Shown piece after piece: positions 56,687-64,000 of a stretch of DNA of 64,000 nt (within the stretch, counting starts at the first letter, position 1; the number at the start of each line of letters is the position of its first letter). The translations under genes were made by a program, and so were the position numbers. Origin of the DNA: Nostoc sp. (lineage in GTDB: Bacteria > Cyanobacteriota > Cyanobacteriia > Cyanobacteriales > Nostocaceae); contig JBALDB010000069.1 of assembly GCA_036918135.1 (NCBI GenBank), positions 1 through 64,000 of the forward strand, in the 5' to 3' direction. The notes under the pieces were generated by a model that did no database searches, was not told where the DNA came from, and saw only the letters and a list, made by a program, of their open reading frames with translations.

Positions 56687-58123
56687 TCAATTTTTTAAAC
56701 TCTCCAAAATCGCTTTTGCTGCACGCCGTCCAGAAATGGTTGCTCCCTCCATACTGTCAATATAGTCTTGCTGAGTATAACTTCCTGCAAGGAAGAAATT
56801 ATTCACTGGTGTCTTTTGATTGGGACGATACACATCCATTCCTGGGGCTTCTCGATAGAGAGACTGAGCAAGTTTCACCACGCTGTACCAAGTCATATTT
56901 AACTCCCGCGATGAAGGAAAGAGTTCGTGGACTTGCTTGAGGACATGTTGAGCGATCGCTTCATTGCTTTGTGCAATAAAGGGATCTCCAGGCGTCAGCA
57001 CTAGCTGTAACAACGATCCCTGTCCTGGGCGATAATAATCAGCAGGGCTAGTCAACGCTAAATCCGCAAAACAAGAAAAGTCAGCATCAGCCGTATACAG
57101 CAAATTATCTATTCCAGCCGCTTGATTTAGCTGTTTACGCTGTTCTCCATCGTTGAGTTCTGTCACCCAACCATCGAAGCGTAATTGCACTGTTGCTACT
57201 GGCACTGCATTTAGTTTATAAATATTGTCAAATTCTGACCACTTACGCCACTCTTGGGGTAAGATTCGCTGGATACCTGGAACATCACAAGCAAAGACAT
57301 AAGCGTCAGCAGTAACAGTTTCTACTGTATCACCTTGGGCAACTATTATCCCAGTGACGTGAGTTTGTTCGTCTGATGTAAACTGAATTTCCCGCACTTG
57401 GCGACGGGTGTAAACTTTAGTGCCTCTAACTTCCAGATATTCCAGAATCGGCTTGTGCAAATATTCATAGGGAGAACCTTCCAGCATTCGCAGGACAGAA
57501 GCTTCAGTTCTGGCTGCAAAGAACTGGAATATTGTTAACATACAACGGGCAGACATATTTTCGCAATCAATAAATCCCAGTGCGTAGGCAATGGGGTTCC
57601 ACATTCGTTTAATACTGCCATTGCTGCCACCATGACTGCGGAACCAGTCGGCAAAGCTAATTTTATCTAAATTGCGGATGATTTTCATCGCTCCGTTAAA
57701 GTCCACTAACCCGCGAACTATCGGACTAGTACCCAAAGCGATCGCATTTTGCAATTTATCTTGCAATGATAATTGAGAAGTAGTAAAAAATGCTTTTAAG
57801 CCATTAAAAGGCGCACCTGTAATAAACCGAAAATCTAAAGCACCAGTCCGGCCTCCTTTGTTAATAAAAGTGTGGGTATGTTCTTTGAGGCGTAAGTTTT
57901 CTAACACCCCCACTTTCTTCATCAAGTCAAATAACTGGTAGTAGCACCCAAAAAATACATGTAACCCCATTTCTAGATGGTTGCCATCTCCATCAACCCA
58001 ACTGCCAACTTTACCACCCACAAATGGACGAGACTCAAAAATCTGTACTTCACAACCAGCATCAGCTAGATCTACTGCGGTTGCTAGCCCAGCCAATCCC
58101 GCACCTACAATTGCAACACGCAT
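56687..58123 (-). CDS. crtQ: 9,9'-di-cis-zeta-carotene desaturase
   Basis: [49 protein letters not shown]. Confidence 0.95.
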   Translation of the reverse strand: MRVAIVGAGLAGLATAVDLADAGCEVQIFESRPFVGGKVGSWVDGDGNHLEMGLHVFFGCYYQLFDLMKKVGVLENLRLKEHTHTFINKGGRTGALDFRFITGAPFNGLKAFFTTSQLSLQDKLQNAIALGTSPIVRGLVDFNGAMKIIRNLDKISFADWFRSHGGSNGSIKRMWNPIAYALGFIDCENMSARCMLTIFQFFAARTEASVLRMLEGSPYEYLHKPILEYLEVRGTKVYTRRQVREIQFTSDEQTHVTGIIVAQGDTVETVTADAYVFACDVPGIQRILPQEWRKWSEFDNIYKLNAVPVATVQLRFDGWVTELNDGEQRKQLNQAAGIDNLLYTADADFSCFADLALTSPADYYRPGQGSLLQLVLTPGDPFIAQSNEAIAQHVLKQVHELFPSSRELNMTWYSVVKLAQSLYREAPGMDVYRPNQKTPVNNFFLAGSYTQQDYIDSMEGATISGRRAAKAILESLKN

Positions 58124-58396
58124 TCCATCGTTCCTTTTCAGTTTCTTTACAGATTGTAACTGGATTGGTGTCGGAATTCGCTACTTAATATCAACTTCCC
58201 AGTATATTAAGACTGGGCAATGTCAATACTAAAACGTCTTTCATTACTCCTTTTAGTCTCAGCAAATGACCAGACGCGAGAAAAAGGCGTCTGTATCAAT
58301 TAAACAAACTCTTGTCTATTGCAGCAAACTCAAAAAAGTATCACAGCTATTTTTCAGTGGTAAAGCAGTTATCTGGCAAGTCATAAAAGCATCTTC

Positions 58397-58567
58397 TTAC
58401 CTATTTACATCTTTGCCCTCATCAGGCACAGGCAAACTTCTAATCAGTTCACGAATGACATCAGTTGCCGGTCTACCTGTTTGTTGACAATATTTTTCTA
58501 GCTTTTCCGCTTCCTGTGTTGCGAGATTCACAGTTATACGTTTTACGGCCCATTTTTTATTTGTCAT
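58397..58567 (-). CDS. Small CopG/ribbon-helix-helix DNA-binding protein (56 aa, below the ORF-track cutoff)
   Basis: MTNKKWAVKRITVNLATQEAEKLEKYCQQTGRPATDVIRELIRSL...; beta-strand followed by two helices. Confidence 0.8.
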   Translation of the reverse strand: MTNKKWAVKRITVNLATQEAEKLEKYCQQTGRPATDVIRELIRSLPVPDEGKDVNR

Positions 58568-60240
58568 TATCATGCTATTTGCTATACATTTACATCATCG
58601 AAAAAGTCTAACTAAAGAGGAAAACGATAACATTATCAGAGTTTGTGTCAGGAAACAAGTAATACCATTAATATTAAGATTGTTCGTTTTGTCAAAGGAT
58701 TCATCATCTTCTAAAAAAATCAAAAAACTATACTTTTTGTTACCATTGTGACAGATAAAAAGCACATACTTGCTTGTGAAAATAATAACCCTAGTAGTAG
58801 CATGAGTAAACCCTGACAATTAAATTTTCAAGAGTAAATTTGAGACACCTACTGTTGACTCAATCAAGATTTCCAAAACTATTTTCTAACGAAACTATCT
58901 AAGGTTGTCTGTTAGCCAAGTTTACCTAACGTTCTTGGAGAGAACATCTGGTATAACACCTGAGGTTAAATCCTGACCCCAAGACGGGTTGGAATAGTAT
59001 ATATAACTAGTAAACACTCACTTCAAAGTAGATAAATAAGCATTGCTCTAGACTAAAGACCATCTACACGCATTACTGTAATCAATCAGATAAGAGTTAT
59101 TTCAACGGTTCTAACTTTTAGGTTTTGTTAATTAAAGAGATTTATTTCCTGTATCAATCTTGCACTCAGAAAAACTGAAGTGTAAATATTTAAGATTTGC
59201 TGGTAAAATTTAACAGCATTACCTGTAATATTACACAGATAAATCTCCTAAAAAAGTGATGTTACTTGAGTGTTGTCTATAAAAATATTTTAGTTTTGTT
59301 CCATGTTTTTACAATAACTCCCCGTAAAAATACGATGAATTTTTAGATATTTTTTTCTTCCCTCTAGGAATATAGTTTATTGTCTTGACAATAAATTATT
59401 TTTTGTTTATTGTCTTCATCTATCTGAAGGTGATAGAAATTATTTTTAGATAATTCTTGCGTTACATATCTGAGAGTAAAATTTTGGAGTTGAGCTAAAC
59501 TAAAATAGAAATAATTGCCTAAAAATTTTTGATATACAATTATTATTTAATAGTTAGCACATTAATAAATAATAATTGTATATTTTAATTTTTTTAGGGA
59601 ATGTATTCATTATAACTGTTAAATATGCACTTTAAATAATCTTCATTTAGACATAACAGTTCGATTTTTCAGTCTTTATAAAAAAATTACAAAGTAAAAG
59701 ATATGTTTTGAAAATTTTACTTAAAAATGTTGATATATAACAAACAATTCAATTGATAAAGTTTAAAAAAAAGATTTTGATACTTAGGTGCGTTAGCTAG
59801 GTTTAATTAAAAAGCGATCTATAAATAAAATTAATCAATATATAACAGTTAATACTAAAAAATATATAAATCAAAATACTGGAAAATTTGAGAATACAGG
59901 TACTTCATGAAATTTGGATAAAGTAAACTTCCAATCAATAATAGGGTTGGTTCTTGGCATTAACCAGGAGAGAATAAGAGTATGGGGAGACTTAGAGGAA
60001 TGGAAGCGGGGTTCTTCAGAATCTATCGAACTCACGTTAAATTACGCAAATAACATGCAAATTGCTGCACCTTGAGAGGTATACCAATCAAGAATGCAAA
60101 AAGGCAAAGGCTTAACGATTTTGCTTTTTTCGACCTTTTTCCCACTAAAATACAATTGCCTTAATATGTGTAGTTTTATAAGGTACATTAATTTCTCATG
60201 GCTGCAATCTGAACATTGAGGATTACGGCAAGGAGTGCAA

Positions 60241-61881
60241 CTATTCAAATTTGAGCTGTGGCATGAGTTGAAGAGTACCAATGCCTAAATCTTTAGGTGA
60301 AAACGATCGCGCTTCAAACAAGACCATCATATCTCGTAACTGGGGATTTCCCCGGGAAGCTCCGGTGAGTCCTTTGGCTATGATTAAACCACAGTAGCCT
60401 TTAGTATTTTTACACCGCTGATTCCATTTTTTCCGGGCTTCTAGATGGATGGGATCTTCATCTAAAAATTCACCAAATAGGAACAATTCGCCATTTTGAG
60501 TTTGTAATAAACCCAGGTCATAGCGATCGCCATCAAAGGGGTCGGCACCTGGATTAAAGCAAATTGCTTTGAGTCCACCTGCTGCTTCAATTCTTTCAAT
60601 TACAGTCTTAGCTTTAGGCCGGGAAGTTTGAATTAAAATCACTGGTAAACCGTCACCCACTGGGTTGATTTCACCAGCTTTATGGTAGTTAACACCTTTA
60701 CGCAGATACTCCAACATTTCCCAGGACACTACACCTAAACTAAGGAAAGAATCTTCTGGTATCAAGTCATCTTGTAATGAGCGGAAAGTTTCAGAGCCAA
60801 GGCTGTCAATTTCCCCATCCTCTACACCAAAGCCAGCCATTTCCTCTAATTCTGCTGCTAACTGCGGCATGGTAGAGACTGTCACAGACACAGATTTAGT
60901 TGATTCTTCAGACTGTGGAGGAGAAATACGATAGCGACGGCTGAGGGTCGGGAAGGTTTCAGAATGCAGCTGGCGACGGTGGTCGCGAAGAAAGCGGCTC
61001 AAGCTTTCGATCGCAACAAAGATTACTAGTGCTTCCTCATCATATAAAACAGAACGCAGTCCTTCTAAGGGGTGGATATTACCGAAAGTGGGGTCAATAT
61101 CTGAAAGTGGCAAATCTGCCAAATCACTTGCATCATCTTCGTCTTCGTCGGTTTCGTCAGCACTTTCAAAAGTGAGAAACAGACAGTCTTGCTTGAGGAA
61201 GGCTTCTTCTAAACGCTCTTTTGATTCTTCATCTCTTAAAACTGCGGCGCGAAACCGCTTGAGAGACTCTTCTGAACGATAAAACAAAATCCCATACTCC
61301 ATTCCCAGCATTCCCATAATGGAGGCATAGAGTGTACCAACATCCCACTTATTAATTTCTATTGATAAAATTTGCTGTTCTTCTAAAAATTCCCAAGGTG
61401 CCGCTTGCCAAATTGCAAATGCCTTCTCTCGTAAAATTTGTGCATACTGTGGTGGTAAATCGGGGGTTTGACTATCAAGGATATCAGCGAATCCGCGAAA
61501 CAATTCGTCAATTAAAGGTAGTTCTGGTGCATAGTCAATGGCGATATCCAAATCTTGCAGCACTCCTCGCAAGTAAAATTGGATCTCGCGGTCTTTGACT
61601 ACAATTCTTTGGGGTCTGGCAGGTTTTGCTGGACTGTGAGGATGTTCCATTGCTCGCATTAAGGTGCGAACTATTGCTTCCGGGCCGATATCTGAAGCTA
61701 CCACGTCCATTCCCCGGACAATACCTTGAGAGAAATCTACCCAAAGAATGCATTCTCCTTTAGCCTCTGAGTCTGAATGCTGGTTTGGTGATGACAATGG
61801 ACGACGATCGCCCTCCCATACAGAAGGAATTTGAGTTAATTTCTTCAACCGACGACTGGTAGAGCGATTAAAACTTGTCAT
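60241..61881 (-). CDS. Conserved cyanobacterial hypothetical protein (DUF6930-like)
   Basis: 546-aa ORF with acidic tracts; family assignment from recall only. Confidence 0.7.
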   Translation of the reverse strand: MTSFNRSTSRRLKKLTQIPSVWEGDRRPLSSPNQHSDSEAKGECILWVDFSQGIVRGMDVVASDIGPEAIVRTLMRAMEHPHSPAKPARPQRIVVKDREIQFYLRGVLQDLDIAIDYAPELPLIDELFRGFADILDSQTPDLPPQYAQILREKAFAIWQAAPWEFLEEQQILSIEINKWDVGTLYASIMGMLGMEYGILFYRSEESLKRFRAAVLRDEESKERLEEAFLKQDCLFLTFESADETDEDEDDASDLADLPLSDIDPTFGNIHPLEGLRSVLYDEEALVIFVAIESLSRFLRDHRRQLHSETFPTLSRRYRISPPQSEESTKSVSVTVSTMPQLAAELEEMAGFGVEDGEIDSLGSETFRSLQDDLIPEDSFLSLGVVSWEMLEYLRKGVNYHKAGEINPVGDGLPVILIQTSRPKAKTVIERIEAAGGLKAICFNPGADPFDGDRYDLGLLQTQNGELFLFGEFLDEDPIHLEARKKWNQRCKNTKGYCGLIIAKGLTGASRGNPQLRDMMVLFEARSFSPKDLGIGTLQLMPQLKFE

Positions 61882-62208
61882 AAACTAACTTAATCAAAAC
61901 AAGCAATTTAGGAAGTAAACTTTTGGGGATGGTCAGCCTCGGATTAAATTTTCATGGCTGCACCAGAAGGGTGGTTGCATCTGTGGCTGCCAAAAAACTC
62001 GAACTCCAAAAAGACGAATCTATAAAATATAGTGAGTCTCTCAATTCTAGAATAAAAATCTTTGGGCGCTTTTGACGCAGTGTTTACAATTTGGTATTTA
62101 GCGACATCTATGCCGCTAGAATGGATACAAAAACACCAAGGCAACCTAAAGGCAACAACAAGCTTGCACATGGTAACCTTAGACCTAATTAAGGAGTTGA
62201 AAAAGCAG

Positions 62209-62565
62209 ATGACACAGGCAACTGAGCCTCAACAACGCGGAATTTTGTTGAGCGAAGCAGCATTGCGCCAGGTAAAATTCCTCCAAGACAGGCAAGGCAA
62301 AGACTTATGCTTACGAGTAGGAGTACGTCAGGGTGGCTGCTCTGGAATGTCTTACATGATGGACTTTGAAGACGCCAGCAAAATCGGTTCTCAGGATGAA
62401 GTTTTCGACTACGACGGCTTCCAAATTGTTTGCGATCGCAAGAGTCTATTATACCTCTACGGCTTAATGCTCGATTATAGCGATGCAATGATTGGCGGTG
62501 GCTTCCAGTTTACTAACCCCAACGCCAGCCAGACTTGCGGTTGCGGTAAGTCATTTGGGGTGTAA
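62209..62565 (+). CDS. iscA: Fe-S cluster assembly A-type carrier (HesB/IscA)
   Basis: [33 protein letters not shown] before MTQA. Confidence 0.93.
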   Translation: MTQATEPQQRGILLSEAALRQVKFLQDRQGKDLCLRVGVRQGGCSGMSYMMDFEDASKIGSQDEVFDYDGFQIVCDRKSLLYLYGLMLDYSDAMIGGGFQFTNPNASQTCGCGKSFGV

Positions 62566-62619
62566 GATTGTGGTTTGTTAGTTGTCCTTTGTCAATTGTC
62601 CTTTGTCATTTGTTTAAAC

Positions 62620-62672
62620 CAAATGACCAACGATCAATGACCAATGACCAATGACCAATGACTAATGACTAA
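62620..62672 (+). repeat. 7-nt STRR tract (AATGACC/AATGACT)n
   Basis: Tandem heptamers preceded by complementary TTGTCCT/TTGTCAT units. Confidence 0.8.
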
Positions 62673-62678
62673 TTTAGT

Positions 62679-63101
62679 ATGACTCAAACAGTCGAATCCC
62701 TGTTTGATACAGGTTTAGAACGTTATAAAGCTGGAGAATCAGTAGATTCTTTAATCCCTGTGTTTAAAGAAGTGTGCGATCGCGCTCCTAGAACTAGTTC
62801 GGCTTGGATTTGTTTAGCGTGGTTATATCTTCTCAACAACAAACCCAATTTGGCTTACAAAGCTGCAAATAAAGCAGTGAAATTAAATCCGCAAGATCCA
62901 CAGGGAAGAATCAATCTCGCCCTAGCAATGCTAGAAACAGGTCAAAAAGGTTTGCGGGAACACATAGACTTTGCACAACAGTTGATTTTTGTCAATCCAG
63001 AATGGGCAGATGAAATAAAAAATAGTATTCAAGATGGTTTAAACAGAAAACCAGATTGGCAGAATTTGATTAAAGTCAAAAAATGGCTGTTTGAAGAGTA
63101 G
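62679..63101 (+). CDS. Tetratricopeptide repeat protein
   Basis: AWICLAWLYLL...AY.AA.KAVKLNP.DPQ.RINLALA. Confidence 0.82.
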   Translation: MTQTVESLFDTGLERYKAGESVDSLIPVFKEVCDRAPRTSSAWICLAWLYLLNNKPNLAYKAANKAVKLNPQDPQGRINLALAMLETGQKGLREHIDFAQQLIFVNPEWADEIKNSIQDGLNRKPDWQNLIKVKKWLFEE

Positions 63102-63290
63102 GAAGTGGGGAGTGTGGGAAGTGTGGGGAGAGAGGGGAGATGACCAGATGGGGGAGTGTGGGGAGATAGGGGAGAGAGGGGGGCAAGATTTCTTCCCTAT
63201 ACTCCCTATCCTCCTTTTCCTCCCACACCTGCATTTGTTTCCCATCCTCCCTATCCTCCCTATCCTCCTTTTCCTCCCACACTCCTTGTT
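63102..63290. repeat. Purine-rich then pyrimidine-rich 9-nt repeat element
   Basis: GGGAGTGTG-type units followed by CCCTATCCT-type units. Confidence 0.75.
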
Positions 63291-63318
63291 TGCCCAATGC
63301 CCAGTACCCATCGGGATT

Positions 63319-63564
63319 ATGAAAGATAAGTTGTTAAATTGGCTAAATGTGGTTTTAGTCGCAGATGTATTTTTAGTTTTGTTTGGCTTTGGTTGGTTAG
63401 CGATCGCAGCTGTTGGTGATGCTGCGGGAGTGAATCTGGGTTTGGATTTATGGCATCAATTGTGGCAACCCTTATTTAACCCAGCAATTGGTATCTTGAT
63501 GGGTGGTGCCATTCTTAGCGGTATTATTAGTTGGGCTTCTAAAAAATTTTTTTCTAGTCAATAG
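63319..63564 (+). CDS. Small two-helix membrane protein
   Basis: MKDKLLNWLN...W..LWQPLFNPAIGILMGGAILSG; upstream part of the listed ORF is repeat-derived. Confidence 0.78.
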   Translation: MKDKLLNWLNVVLVADVFLVLFGFGWLAIAAVGDAAGVNLGLDLWHQLWQPLFNPAIGILMGGAILSGIISWASKKFFSSQ

Positions 63565-63604
63565 TTCAGAGACTGGGGATTGAGCATTGGGCATTAGGCA
63601 AACA

Positions 63605-63745
63605 GGGAGTGTGGGAGGTTTTGGAGGTGTGGGACGTGTGGGAGGATGGGGAACAAATCTTGCCCCCTCTCTCCCCTATCTCCCCTATCTCCTCATCTCC
63701 CCACATTCCCCACACTCCCCACACTTCCCACACTCCCCATCCTCC
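63605..63745. repeat. Second 9-nt repeat element, inverted relative to 63102-63290
   Basis: 63655-63685 is the reverse complement of 63160-63191 apart from one G in a run. Confidence 0.75.
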
Positions 63746-63759
63746 CAGTCCCTTTAACT

Positions 63760-64000
63760 CTATGTCAGAATTTGTGTTAGTGCCGATTGTAAATTAGCAT
63801 AACGGTACTTAAAGCCTGTTTCTAGGGTGCGCTTGGGTAAAACTTTTTGACCTTCTAAAACTACTATTGCCCCGTCTCCTAAAAGGGCTTCAATCGCAAA
63901 ACCAGGGACGGGTAACCAAGAAGGACGATGCATCACTTGTCCTAAAGTTTGACTTAAATCTGCCATCCGTACTGGGTTAGGCGCAGTGGCATTATATACG
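63760..64000 (-). CDS. thyD: TIGR01777 family NAD-dependent epimerase (ThyD-like), C-terminal part; runs off the window
   Basis: VYNATAPNPVRM...RPSWLPVP.FA....LGDGA..VLEGQKVLP.R....GF.Y.Y. Confidence 0.85.
   Translation of the reverse strand, partial: VYNATAPNPVRMADLSQTLGQVMHRPSWLPVPGFAIEALLGDGAIVVLEGQKVLPKRTLETGFKYRYANLQSALTQILT

Noticed and set aside
62062..62208. N-terminal extension of IscA
   Set aside because: A strong RBS precedes the ATG at 62209 and homology begins there
63039..63797. Low-complexity ORFs (PILPIL, WEEKEDRE, PHTPHT)
   Set aside because: Translations of 9-nt repeats; only 63319-63564 looks like a real gene

Overview
64 kb of a filamentous cyanobacterial chromosome, most likely Nostoc-like. 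Evidence: dense HIP1 GCGATCGC octamers, 7-nt STRR repeats, crtQ/zds, a cyanobacteriochrome GAF domain and a PEP-CTERM protein. Left end: a LacI-type regulator with uxaC, a UxuB-like SDR, a LarA-family protein and a divergent gluconokinase. Together these suggest a hexuronate-to-gluconate route with no mannonate dehydratase. Next are two giant Ser/Thr kinase-AAA-GAF-His kinase genes (one with a dual-Cys DXCF bilin GAF), a remnant of a third paralog, a sigma-70-like/DUF1822 pair, a GT14 glycosyltransferase, an EF-G paralog beside a truncated macro-domain gene, and transport/signalling genes. At 41.7-46.7 kb is an island with no HIP1 site found by eye, encoding Trypco1, a trypsin-STAND ATPase and a membrane STAND ATPase carrying a 22 x 12-bp hydrophobic repeat array; this is a candidate conflict/defence system. 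The right end is mostly core genes (decarboxylase, ABC-2 exporter, PrxQ, cobQ, crtQ, iscA, thyD). Many MITE-like elements and very small dispersed repeats occur, some nested and one inserted in frame in gntK. No rRNA, tRNA or CRISPR array was recognised. All calls come from motif reading by eye; no database searches were run.
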